64,000 bases of DNA, taken from positions 62,001 through 126,000 of the forward strand of contig KZ538080.1 in assembly GCA_000934665.2 (NCBI GenBank), in the 5' to 3' direction. A program made the translations under genes and the position numbers. This document shows, one piece after another, positions 1 to 12,700 of this stretch. Positions within the stretch are counted from its first letter, which is position 1. Each line of letters starts with the position of its first letter. The notes under the pieces are model-generated. The model made no database searches. It was not told the DNA's origin and saw only the letters and a list, made by a program, of their open reading frames with translations. This stretch comes from Catajapyx aquilonaris (Eukaryota).

Positions 1-299
1 GTTCATTCGAGAAGTGTTAGGTTTTCCTGTACAAACTTTGCGTGTTGCCTTCCTGTCACTCAAGTGCTGCTTGCGGATTCCCTCGGTGTTGGAACCTGCA
101 CTTCTGAAAGTTTCGGGACCCGGGCCAACATGGGTTCCTGCCAACTTGTGAGGTGAGGACACAATGAAAATAGAAGGGTAAATAATGCGGTTATGAAAGG
201 CAAAACATTCCTGAGCAACAGTGTATACCACATCCAGCATGGGTTCACGTCGACATCCACAATTCAGCTCTCGTCTCCGCATTCGGCAAAAAAAATTCC

Positions 300-430
300 A
301 AGACGCATCTGAAGGAAGATTGCGTCGGTCGTACTGACGGCAGATGTATGAAAAAGGAGGCTTTATGTCTCCTCTGTCTTGCTGCACATATTGCATATTT
401 CGTCGTGTTCGCATACAGGCCTCAAAGGAA
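300..430 (-). pseudogene. Possible non-LTR retrotransposon C-terminal zinc-knuckle remnant
   Basis: Minus strand reads ICNMCSKTEET*SLLFH, then CRQYDR after a frameshift. This resembles the CxxC..ET..H...C..Y motif at the end of LINE ORF2. Confidence 0.3.
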
Positions 431-2268
431 CATCAAACTGGACAAATCGTTTCATAAGAAGCATCCCCGACATTTCAATTTAAATTCCAGATCCCTCTGA
501 GAATCCGGTATCGATGCTCATTGATCTGTACTGCAGTCAGGTCTTCTCACCAGCAGCACCCTTCCCAATCAATGAAACTAGGAGATACACCCGTGCAGGG
601 AAATTGATCCTCCTCCGACTACCGCTGATCCACAATATCCTGATGGACGTGTGGGAACATCCCCCTTGCCATCAATAATAATCCGTTCCTCCCAGCCAAA
701 AACCCTTCACGCCCACAGCTCCCAGACACTTGCGGGTGCCGCACTGCCACATCACTTCTCCATTATGATGGAAATTAATTGCCCGGTTTTCTAGGGCCAG
801 TCTTTCCCGCCGGCTAATTCCATTTGTCCCCTTGTCCATTTCTCTTCCAGTTCTAGATCCCCCCTCTGGGAAGAAAATGAATCATGGCTTTGCTCGTTGG
901 TATACCTTCTCTCTCTAGCCCTCAAGAACCCCTAAGGATCAATGGTTCGTCAAAATGCGGTGCATGTTGCGGGCACAAGTCACCCCGCCTCATAAACGGG
1001 ATCAAGTTGACTTTTAATACCACTGATTTTCTTCCTCGAAACTTTTACACGCCACAAAATGACCGCAAAGGCGTGTTTTTTATCACCTCGTAGACCAAGA
1101 CCCCATCTTTTTCTCCATACCAGTAGCACAACGGGCGTCCCCCAGGCAACAGCAAGTGCGCTAAATGCACCCATAAAAAGCATATGCACTTGTCCGTTAC
1201 TCTCCTACCAAAAGATTCAGGACCACCCAGAATCAACCCTCAGAGAATTCTCCGGTCGGAAGAGCCTTGGTCAACATCGTTTTCAAGCTTGCACTGGAAA
1301 GGTCTCCGATGGGACTGATTATTGAGACGTGAAGTGTAGTTCCAGGCCTGTGTTTGGTACCATCCGGAGTCCGCACGCATCGACCCTCACCAACCCAGGG
1401 TGAATCGATACCAAAATGGAGCCCGACAGTCTTGTGGGAGGGTCTCTCGAGTGGTTGTCCCAAGGAATGGCCCTGCACACTATGTGCACAACAGGTTACG
1501 TGTGTCGGCCATTGAACAATCTTATTTCCCTAAACGAGCCTTCTGGCCAAACATCAAAAGAGGCTTCCCTAAACTTGCCTTGAATGAGCGGGGGGGTCTA
1601 CTTCTTAGAAAAGCGGATTATTGGAAAAGGAAATGTTTTAGACGGGAATTACATCCCCATCCTGGAGCTGAGGTTGCATCAAAAGGATGCTCGTCGCAGG
1701 GATTTCTAATCAGATGGCAATATAATCACCGTAGGCGGGTATTACTCTGGGTCACAAAAGATAGTAAGGGGCTCTGTGTGTACGGGGAGCAATCGAAAGG
1801 ATGGTAATGCTTGGAGGCTCAAGGGGACGTGAATATTCCTTTTCTCCTACAGTGAGGAACCAAGGAAGCACCTGCGCCAGAACAAACCTATAGGGAGGTA
1901 GCAGGTGGTCATTGGGTAGGTCAGAGGAAAAAGGCTCAAGTAGAATTGGGTTGAGGAACTCAATCGTTCACCCGTGGGAAAGGCATGTTCTGGAAGAAAC
2001 ATTCTCGGAAAGTACTATTGAATAAACTATACCAAACTGTACAATATTTTTAAAAAAGCTAAAATGTTGACACCTGATACCACAGACCAATACCATCCGT
2101 ATCAGTAAGTCTTCAACCAATTCGAGCCAAGAGCCGCCAGTGACAAAAAGGCTTCCCTTTCCCTTGTCATTGGCCATAACGACTTGGCGCCCCGCCCAGT
2201 GCTCGTAACGCCACCCTGACAATCATCGGGGGACTGACGAAACCAAAGGAAAGGAAACTCATACTCAC

Positions 2269-2415
2269 GATCTGCCAGACTGTGGATCGGATCGGTCCTT
2301 CCTGAAAGCAGTGACCGTGGATGAGGTCTGCTTCGGATTCAGCTCGACACTCACATTCCAATGATCGGAGCCCACTTCGGCACCAAGGATCTTCAGTCCA
2401 CTTTTCACCCGAGCT
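2269..2415 (-). CDS. TMEM132: TMEM132-family protein, coding exon 4 (gene continues beyond window start)
   Basis: Pyrimidine tract plus ccacag| phase-2 acceptor matches the exon 3 donor, giving FFIIR-ARVKSGLKILGAEVGSDHWNVSVELNPKQTSSTVTAFRK. Donor is |gtgagt. Confidence 0.82.
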
Positions 2416-5400
2416 CTGTGGAAGAAAAAGGAGAAGAAAAGTGTCATTCTGGGAACCCCAAAAAACTTCTCACTACTTTCTATAGTATATATCACCTACT
2501 CTTTTTTACCCCCACCATATCGACTACGCCAGACGCGGATTTTCAGGTCAAAAAGCTCTTCGAGGCTGAACGTGTCCGATATCAGTGGTACAAAAGGTGG
2601 GTGGAGACCAACGGTTTTTTTTTGGACCCATATAAAAAAACTTCCAGCAATCTTCATGTAATTCCAATCAACCGCCCTCAGACCCAAGGGTCGATGTGTG
2701 GATTTAACGACAAATGTCGGAAATTAAATCCACCATGCCCAATTTTCTGAACAAACTTTGGGAAATGGCCCGCATGAAAATCTTCCCCCCGATTACCAAA
2801 CTCGCTGATATTTTCTGATATTATGGGGTAATGAAATAAAATGAATATTTTGTCTTAATTTGTGGTTGGACACTGCAGAAACATGGCCGCAAGACATTTC
2901 CTTTTTACGCCAGAAGAATGACGACCCGCGTCGTAAATATGTACCAAAAAATTCAACCCACTTTAGCAGACTCAAAAAAAAGGCCCCAAATGTACCCAGC
3001 TTCCTTGTATGAAACCCCTTTCCGCGCATGAAAAATTCACCCTGATGCTAACTGAGAGTGACACTTCAGGAGAGCCGTGCATTTCGACGGAAACCTAGGC
3101 CCTCCCTAGATTCTATAGACACATAGGGGAATAAGCTGACTAGAGAGAGAAAAAATAAGCCTACATTATTTTTACCCCCGTCTCTTGCCCAATTAGCCCT
3201 AATGGCATAAAACGAGCCTGATATCAAAATTCTTTCAAGCACACTATGGCACTATACATATACCTATATAAATCTAACAAGGCAGCCTAAAACTACGTAG
3301 GAAACGGACCGGACTAAAAACCTTCTCCCGGGAGCAATTCCGCCAACTTGAATGAAAACTCAGAATGGGACACCCGAGAGATGGGCGAAAGAATGCAAAT
3401 TCGTGCCCTCAGAGGTGAGAGAATCTAGTCATATCCTCAGCACCAGAACTCGCTGCGCCAAATTGAACCCGTCAACATAGCTATTCAAAGGAAGACTGTA
3501 GGAAAAACAAGTTAATTTAATTGCAGCCCCCTGACTGATATGTGCTCACTCTTGATATCTGCGGTTCCAATATCGATTCTTACTTGGCGTGCCTTGATTA
3601 CCTGTTGACCTTCGCATCATCCACGACACCCGCCTGTTAGTAGTCAAACTAGAGTAGAAAGGGGTTCACATCACACACACAAAAAAGGGGGGGCACTAAT
3701 CAAGTCGAGCAATTTGCAAGGGTTTACCTGAAGCGTGGCTGGAGCGTAAATTTTATCAGGGCTGTTGGAATTGCGTGTCATTTCAATTTGGTGGTCCTGG
3801 GGTGACAGTAAGAACTTGTAAGTCCGCCTGTCGGACACGGGTTGATCGGCAATTAAATGTGCTGGATTACCTGGCTCAAATGACCGTCCGTCAGGCGTTA
3901 ATCAGGACTGTACAATCTTATCATCAAAATAAATCGGCAATTTTACATTCACTTTTCGATTCAATTTGTTCCTCTATCTATGTAGAAAAGCAATGAATGA
4001 AACTATAGCCCCGCAGTTTTTAAACTTGAATCCGTAATAATACAGGTTACAAACCGAACATACTTCTGACATAAGGTCAAACTATACCATACAAAATCTA
4101 GGCTGCTGTACAGTATCGAGGTGAAAATTGGACCAGGCCTTCCCTTCAATAAGCCTCCAGGTCTAGTCTGGTGTGAGCAAGCCGACCATAGTCGATAATT
4201 AGCTGTTAGGTTTATATATAGGCACTTCTTAGGCAAATGAGAACATCGAAGCAGGCATAATGCAAGGGGTGTAATCATGAAGGATTATGCAGACCTCCCG
4301 GGCGAATTTCTCTCGATCCAACTTTAAAGTCGGAGGGTCCCTGGGGGTTAATTACTACCTTCCGAGCTTGCACCATCACTACCGACACATTTCGAATACC
4401 AAAAGCTTCTATTGCCAAGCTTTCAATACCACTTTCCCTGACGACGCTTGCTTATCTCCCACTTTCGTTTATGAGTGGTCGACGAGCATCCTCGCCCTAC
4501 AAAGTCTATGGGATTTGCACCCGCTCCTAGCTGCTGCCAACAAAGGATCAGCATCACTTTCCTATCAAGCCTTTGCATTTCTCCGGATTGAAGCCGGGCA
4601 AAGTGCTTCAATTACTCCCAAGGATTCTAGGATAATTTTACGGCTGTCACTATCGACCTGCAGATGAATCGGTACATCGTGATGAACCATTTTCAAGTCA
4701 GTACATCTGAACAATGTCACTACCGTCATAGTACCATCTACAGTGCACATGGCTAGATCAGATATAGTATAACACCATTCCAGACGGAGTAGTCGTAAAG
4801 CACTCAATATTGGACGGATCAAGAGCAACAGGCATGCGTCAACATTTGTAACTTTTATAGCCTCCAGCTATCGGTGAGATGAAATCCGATTTCTATTGAC
4901 GCCTCCAGGTGTAAATCACATCGTTTGCGTCACAGCTCATATCTTGCAGAAAATGCCAGTTTGATATCAGCATTCAAATCAGATGCTCAGGCTGAACGTT
5001 CCGATTTTTGGCGATAATCGTTCCTCGCTTTAAGATCCATTACCCAGAAAGCAGAGCGCTCCAATGGCCTTGAGATAAGGAACGACCCGCAGAAGTTGAC
5101 TCAAATTGAATCGGTTATTTCCCAGGGGCCGTCTCCCCCGCGGAAAAAAGGGGGTCCACAAATACACGAGCTCACGCCCCTATGGGAAATCACTGATTCA
5201 ATACTCCTCAAATACGGCGTCCAGATAAACGGATGAAAGTGACATCTGTGAGAACGAGGTGGACAGACCTGAGGCAATATATCAGTAAATATAGAAATAT
5301 CAGTAAATATGCGGTTAGTTGAGCCGGTAGATGGCAGCAGGTTCGGGTCGACTATACTGCCATCTACAGAGGGGGCAGTGACCGGTCCATTGCATTTTCA

Positions 5401-5990
5401 TGAATAATTTGGTTCCTTCCGAATTATGTACGGTCCCGAGAACACCCTTAGTCACAGCCACCCTGCACTGTTCGTTTTTCCCCAGAGCGGAACCATGGTG
5501 CTGACTGGCTTAGGAGGGGTCTATATAACAAATGGCAGGAAGGGCAAGTAGACGGAAGGCAAGGGAACAATATTGAAGGTGGCGGCGGTTGGGGAAGACC
5601 GAAAATGCAGTTCCATAGGGTAAGGTAAAGGCTGAGGGAGGGGAAAAAGAGTGGGTTCTTCTTCGTCTCCTTCTTCCTGCTTCCGCTCCTCCAGGTCCCA
5701 TTCATCTCAACAGCTGCCGCCTGCAGGGCTTACTGCTCATGGGTTTCCTCGCAACCAGAAATAGACCATTCGGCTTTTCATGTTATTGGGGGAGGCCCCT
5801 CCAGCCCAATGACTGGTACATCACAGAACAACAATGTAGTAATTAACTGCCGCTCTGATGTTTGCCTGGGTGTTCCTGACTGCGGCGTGATGAAATTGAT
5901 CCTTTACACCCTGTGATACGGAAACCCTACATTACCAGTGTACCGAGACTACTACGCAAAACCCTGTTGTAACCGAACAATAATTGCACC

Positions 5991-6292
5991 AGGCATTCTA
6001 TACGTACAGTGATGGACATTAATCGCGTCATACTGCTAGCTACATTTTCCGATGCGACAGACGTGCAAATCGCAGTGATAGAGTGCGAGCCGCGCGAATC
6101 AGAAATGGTAGGCCTTGGGTGACGTCACCGGCTGTGGGGCAATGGAGAAAAGGGCTTGCCCCCCAGCCGATGACGTCATCCAAGGCCTACCATTTCTTGC
6201 TCGCATGGCTCGCACTCTAACACGTCTGCCGCATCGGGTAATGTCGCTAGCAGTACGTCGCGATAAATGTCCAACACTACTGTAGAATGCCT
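5991..6292. repeat. ~300-bp imperfect palindrome (foldback/MITE-like)
   Basis: AGGCATTCTA...AGAAATGGTAGGCCTTGGGTGACGTCA pairs with TGACGTCATCCAAGGCCTACCATTTCT...TAGAATGCCT. Confidence 0.75.
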
Positions 6293-7676
6293 AGGAATTC
6301 TGCATAATGTAAATAATCTTCTGGCAGCCTTGGCTGAGGCTACCAGAATTGTCCTCAACCCTGAAAGTCCTTAGCTCCGGTTAGGCCCTTGGAGCACGTC
6401 CTATGGCCCTAACCCTGAACAATATTTCACATTCCTCCAACTATAATTTCCATGATACAAATCGCAATGTAACCCCCCGGTCCAAAAAGGCTGAAAGAGC
6501 ATCCCTTTTTGATTGCACCGTTTCTTCCGAAACACACCGCGGGGAACCTCAGATTGCCATCCAGGCCATAAATAAATTCTCGCCAGTAGAGTCCCACAGG
6601 GAAAGAGATTCTGATACAACAAAGATAGGGAGGTCCAAACACCACTATATCAAGCACACTCTTTGACCTCCCCCCAAATTCCCATCACAAATCTGCACTT
6701 CAAACGGTTATAATACCCCACAGGCAACCTCTAGATTGACGGGTGTTAAAACCAGACCTATATCATTCTACTCGTATAAAATATCTGCCCAATTTCATAT
6801 ATTTTTTCCCCCATGTGCTGATTTATGAAATGGTCAGAACCGCCACGAATTTCCTGCCTTTTGTCCCCGTAACTGCCGCATTTCTGCATTTTTCAGGCGA
6901 ACTCGGTGACCCTTTTTTTTTCGAGGGTCCGTGTCAGTGTGTGGACCCCGTAAGGCCGTGGGGAGGACAGCCTCCCAAATAAAATAAAAAAGTGGTTCTA
7001 AACGCAAGTCTCCCAACTCCGACACGACACGGATGGCCTGGGCTAAATAAATTTCACTAACAGGTCGAGCTCTCCCAACCGCAGGACCCATCCTCCTCTC
7101 CACAACAAGGACATATTTTACGACTTCCTGACGTCAACCAAGGGGGGGGTCACCACCAGGGAAAATTTATCCCTTCCCCTTAAAACTGCAAACAATTTCT
7201 GCCACTTTGTATGGGCGCCAGTTGTGTTCGCTAAAGTTTGGACATAACCAATCATGTTCACCTCACGTCATGTTTGAGAAACCCGCTAGGAAGGGACCCA
7301 GTTTGTGAAGGTTCCCCAGCATGCAGGAGGACGTGATTTGGTTGCAAAAGATGGTGTCCCCCTCAACACCCCCTGCTGACTCTTACTTCTTCTTCCTCAG
7401 TAATTGGAAGGCCGGTCCTTTTCTAGCTGACGGCAACCTGCTGAGAGGAAAGAGTCTGTGGCTGTGGAAAGATTACTGCCACCATTTTTTTTTTTTACCT
7501 TACCAAACTATGGAGGACCCTATATTGTTGAATATCAAGAGCCATATTACGAGTTTTACTGGTTTTAGGTAGGACATTCAAACTGGAGCAAGCTAATGGT
7601 AATTTTTAGGGGGGGGGGAATCAAATTTTGATTCTAATTCGCATTAAAAGCCGTTTCACGACTGACTACAACAGCT

Positions 7677-7826
7677 GCGTCCCGGACTTTTCGCCCCCGC
7701 CGTTGCCAGGCTATTTCTCTAGAAATGCCCAGCCGAATGCTTCAAAGTGGAATATGTCACGGGGGCCAATATGCCGGGGGCTAAAAGTCCGGGGGCGAAA
7801 CGGCGGGACGGAAAGTCCGGAACACT
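7677..7826. mobile_element. Short MITE of the CCGGACTTTTCGCCCCCG TIR family
   Basis: Left CCGGACTTTTCGCCCCCGCCGTT and right AACGGCGGGACGGAAAGTCCGG. The sequence is shared with 14650-14728 and 34961-35040. Confidence 0.65.
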
Positions 7827-8777
7827 CCTCGAATCAAGTCCGCAAGTTCAGCCACTTGGCTAATTTCCTACCCTGGGCCAATCAAGACTTGACACTAGTC
7901 ACTGTCATGCTATCTAGTCTAGGTTAAAGTGGAAGAGGTTATTCTCAAAGAAAGTCATCAGTGGCCCCACTCCTCAGGGGTACACTTGAAAAGGGGAGAC
8001 GAGCCGTCATTAGGGAAAGAGCGTTGGCGTAGTTTGGAAAATTGTCAAGAACCTGTCTACACACTTCCTTCAAAAAAAAAATTGTGACACTTGCGTTGTA
8101 TTGTGTCCTTCCAACATTGCATGACGCTGCCCAACAGATAAGCCCCTATCGATTCCCTCCAAAAAAATATATATATAAACAAAAACCCCTTTGATAAAAA
8201 AGACACCTCTCGAAATAACATACCCAGCTGACGCGACATCTGTACCCGACGTCAGCAGTGCCAAACCACTGTTTTGACAAGTACGCACTCTGAGAGAAGG
8301 CTCCATTCATCACCGATTATCAGTTGAAGCCAAATGAAATGCAGAGGCCGGGTTTCCATGACGCATAAGCTCCCAATATTGTGCTTTTCTCTCGGATCTG
8401 AAAATTTATGTATTCAGACCCGTTCCCATTACCAAGTCAGTAGTTAGTGATTATCGAATCTTCCTTTACCGCAGCTTGCAAAACGGAATCCAATAAAGCA
8501 TCCGGCTGGAATTCCGCCCAGTTTTTTCCCCATGTCCAATTCAGGGGGGCTAGCAAAATCGCACTTTCTATGCCCACAATTTTCACAATGGCTACAAAAT
8601 GTCCCAACATTTTCATAATTAAGTTCTGTTCCTTTTTGTGCGTTATTTCAGCCCCTCCCACGCACTTTTGCCGCCAAGGCTTCTACCGGAGGCCGCGGGT
8701 CGATTCCAGCGGCATCTGCGTGCTGCATGGCCTTCCGCAGATCGATCAGGAAAATAACGCTACCCCCCCCCCCCCCC

Positions 8778-8946
8778 NNNNNNNNNNNNNNNNNNNNNNN
8801 NNNNNNNNNNNNNNNNNNNNNNNNNNNNNNNNNNNNNNNNNNNNNNNNNNNNNNNNNNNNNNNNNNNNNNNNNNNNNNNNNNNNNNNNNNNNNNNNNNNN
8901 NNNNNNNNNNNNNNNNNNNNNNNNNNNNNNNNNNNNNNNNNNNNNN
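8778..8946. other. Assembly gap (N run) flanked by poly-C and poly-G
   Basis: Ns in sequence. Smaller gaps at 27255-27272 and 38493-38508 also abut C runs. Confidence 0.98.
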
Positions 8947-9184
8947 TTTTTGGGGGGGGGGGGGGGGGGGAGGAGGTTGTCATCCACTAGCCATGTTTTA
9001 TGAACTCGGGCACAATGGTGTACAGGATTTACATGGGTGGCCGCAGTCAAACTGTACAAACGATTAGGCGACGATAAAACGGTGGGGTTTTGCGAGGCAT
9101 GTACGGCTAACAAGCCCTGCGGTGTTTAAAAAGAGTCACCGTGAATCAAAAACTGTAGTTTATTTCGGTGGGGAAAAAAACATG

Positions 9185-9283
9185 TCCTGAAAGGTAGGCC
9201 ACCCACTGTACATATCAAATCAAAGTCAAATCAAATCACCCACTGTACATATATAAGTCCAGTGGGTGGCCTACCCTTCAGGA
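9185..9283. repeat. Small inverted-repeat element
   Basis: TCCTGAAAGGTAGGCCACCCACTG / CAGTGGGTGGCCTACCCTTCAGGA arms, with an internal direct copy of CACCCACTGTACATAT. Confidence 0.65.
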
Positions 9284-9637
9284 TAAACTTCAGCTGAATT
9301 CATACTACTTCATACCATCTTCGCTATAATGGTCCCATTTTCGTTATGTAAAGTGCCTCCAAAAAGGTGTGGGAAAAAAACCTAGCGCTCCATAGAAAAG
9401 TGAATTTAAAAAGTTCAAAAGCCAGGCCTCCAGATAGACAAACGGGGTTGGAGAAAAAGAGAAGGGAAATTGGCAGGTCGGGAAGCCAGAATTCCGCTCT
9501 TTGGATGTGGCGTCAGGCGAATAAATTTAAGGAAGAATAGGAAAAAAGTAGAGCTATAGTAGATTTTAATGAACGTCTAGGACTGATTTGGACCACCCTC
9601 TTCGGAACACTCCCCCCAAAGATTTATTCGCCGAATG

Positions 9638-9778
9638 TATGGGGCTCAAATTGTTTTGGCCACTTTATCCTGGTCTTGAAGCAACCCTTCACACACACAC
9701 TTCCTCACCGTGGGGCCTGTGCGAAGGGTTGCTTCAAGATCATGATAAAGTGTCCAAAACAATATTTGAGCGCCCATA
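9638..9778. repeat. Palindromic MITE-like element, family copy A
   Basis: TCTTGAAGCAACCCTTC / GAAGGGTTGCTTCAAGA arms. Homologous in opposite orientation to 40998-41143. Confidence 0.72.
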
Positions 9779-12700
9779 GTACGTACGTTATTTGTGGAAA
9801 CTTCCAGAATTAAGCATTATTTCAAATATTTTTCCAGCTGCTTTTCTGACAGCCATGTCTTGGAAGAACCAAGGTTTCGTGCTGAATAATTCGGCCTGGT
9901 AATTTCCAGCCCAAGCGAGGCTGCAGACACAAGATGGATGGAAGCAGCCATTGGCGTCAAGCAAGGATCATCCCTCGAAACTCCTCAACTTCTAGGGAGA
10001 GAGGCCTGACTCCTTTCTATCTCTTTCCCTTCCTTCCCTGTCGCACTTTTTTAGTCCTATCGCCCGCATTCCTCACAAAACTTTTCCACTTCTACCCCCC
10101 CCCCCTCCCCTAACATATGAAGGTTCTCTTGCCTCGCCTGGAACAATATGGTGGAAATACTCTGCAAAAATGCAGTGGTGCTGAAGCTCAAATGATAAAA
10201 CTTTGTGGTATGTAGGTCGGTCACACGTATTTCACGCTCCCCAACATAGGTTAGAATAGTTCATCTCATTTTGTACAGGATTTTTTTTTAATGGGCTCAG
10301 ATGAAAAAAATTCACAATGGGGTAGCCTTGGCCTGGGATTTGGGTATTTTGTATACAAATAGTTCAACCATACATATAGGACCCCATTGAGCGTGGAATG
10401 TCCAGCTTTAATATTACATAAGTTGTCAGACTAACTGAACATCTCTCATTACACTAAATGTCTCGCCTCTGGGAATCACTAGGACCGTCTTGTATCATCA
10501 AGAGTGATAGTGACTACAGTTTCTCCTTGAAAATCCTGTGTTCTTGGGAGCCTCTCTGCCACTCTGATGGAAACATGAGAGCTGCCCTTGGGAGAATTCA
10601 CCCGGGAGACAAACCGACGGCGAGCATCATGACGTCAATCAAGCTCGGCCCATACCGTCGCAATAAATTCCAATCTATGTAATGCACCCAAAAAAAACGC
10701 ATCCATCTGACTGCATCCTAGCAACCGGATATATCTCACACCGCTCTCCAAAAAATGAACTTGACCAGATTGATTTTAGGACTGCGAGGCACCAGCTGCC
10801 ACGTCAAAGCCGATTTAAAACCGGGATAGCGGCTTAGTTGGGATGGCATGGACCTGACGTATTACTCTTAATGACTAAAAGGCTCGCGGATTTACAACGT
10901 AATTACTCCATGCCGGTGTAGTCACCATGTCGATAAATTTCTCCCTCTCCCTGAAATTTTTTTGGGATCCACGAGTTTCCTCCACTCGAAACAATGTCGG
11001 CAACAATGTCTGCACCAGGCTGCTCCGGGTTAATGGAAATCCGCCGCAACGAGCGACTTGGGATGCCTGCAACGACCAACCATCGCTAAGTAAACGCTGT
11101 TTAACTACGCTACTTTTAGCGATAAAGCCTCCTACGCCCATTAGTTCCCGTTTCCCTTCTCTAGCCTGAGGGAAATACTAGAACCTGGCCTGCATAGGCA
11201 TTAGACGCATTTCCAAATTGAAGGCATCGCTATGCCTCATCAAACTCGAACTTGTAACGAAGCCAAAACTTGCGATTTTGGTGTGAATAGAAAAAAAATA
11301 AGCTTGTAATTAAATCCAAAGCGAGTACGTGTTGGTACACACATTTCAAGCACATATGCTTCTTACAAATTAAAAGCAATATTTATAGCCGGTGTTCGCT
11401 CCTAAAAATCAGAAACGGTGAACAGCATTGTCATTTCAATCAGTATATCTTCCACATGACTGAATGAGAATCCGCCAATGCGGCAAAAATCAAAATGCGA
11501 TTAAAACGTCAATTTTCCGCACCGCATCATGGCGTGCTTTTCCTCCATTTTTCACAAATTATGCCTAAACATGGCAGGCAATAGTTTCCTCAATCCCAGC
11601 AATCCTCTAACAAGTGCAAACGCCGTTCAATGCAAAAACGTTCGTAAGGTTCACCACAAGAATCCCATTTCCAACAAATAATGGGTGCTTTCCAGCCAGT
11701 GCTGGGGGCCTGTCCCCATACCCAGCAAAAAAGAGAGGCGGGGGGGGGGGGNGCTTATTTTTGCTTCATTAGCATCCCCTTTCGCCATGCAAATCCCACA
11801 GCAGGCCATTCTGCAACTTTTAGGATTATAGAGTATGCGGTGTCTGGCCTACCGATATTTCCCAAACAGAATTGGGCGACCCCTAACAAGTGTGGCGAAA
11901 TCAAGCTGCGATAAATCTTGTTAAAACGCGATTACCAAATGCACCGGGATCGAGGATTGTAACTAATCCCATTAGAATGTGGACGAAAGAAATGAAATGA
12001 GGATTTTTTGGCTGCCTGGAATTTCATTACAGTGGACTACAAATACAACGCCGGGGTATGATGATGGAAAATTCCGGTTCCTATGCCCAACGGTTTATTC
12101 CCCTGGATATTATACTGATGCCAGAAAAATGGCCCTGAAAAAAAAACAAGGCAATATTTCTAAAAGTAGGCCACCCTAAAGCATCCCTCTTATGACTCAC
12201 CATCTCTGCAAGACTTCCTCAATATGCATTTGAATATTCAGTGCCAAAAATTTGCACTACAGCTAACTGTTATCCCTGGTTCGCCCATCATTGTCATCAG
12301 GCGGAAAATTGGGGTTTCACCGAATTTTTAATTTTCGGGAAATATGGCGGCCCCCACCGCTCGCTGCTTCCCCACCTTCGCCCCTAGGTGCTGCCTCCAG
12401 CCCCGCCATCTACCCCAACAGTCCTCAAACCAAACCGTGTCCATGGCTACCGAACAAAACAGACCTCGCTCCAGGCCAAATAACACTTGGGCGCCGCGTA
12501 AACGATCGCAATATACACTTCACGACCTGTCTAATTCACGTCGGTGACGTGTTTTTGCTCCACATTGGAGTGCAAATTATGCCATAATTTCCCCCGGTTA
12601 ACTTCGGACCACCCACAGAGAGGGACCGTGGCATTCTCATTGTTTCTCCCCACAGAACGATACGCACCAACACTAATCTCTGGGAGGCCCGCCGGTTCGT

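Noticed and set aside
3780..4830. Possible LTR retroelement (TGGTGGTCC PBS-like site and short ORFs)
   Set aside because: No paired LTRs or gag/pol motifs are visible.
8447..9113. Long ORFs across the gap
   Set aside because: They are inflated by the N run and homopolymers.
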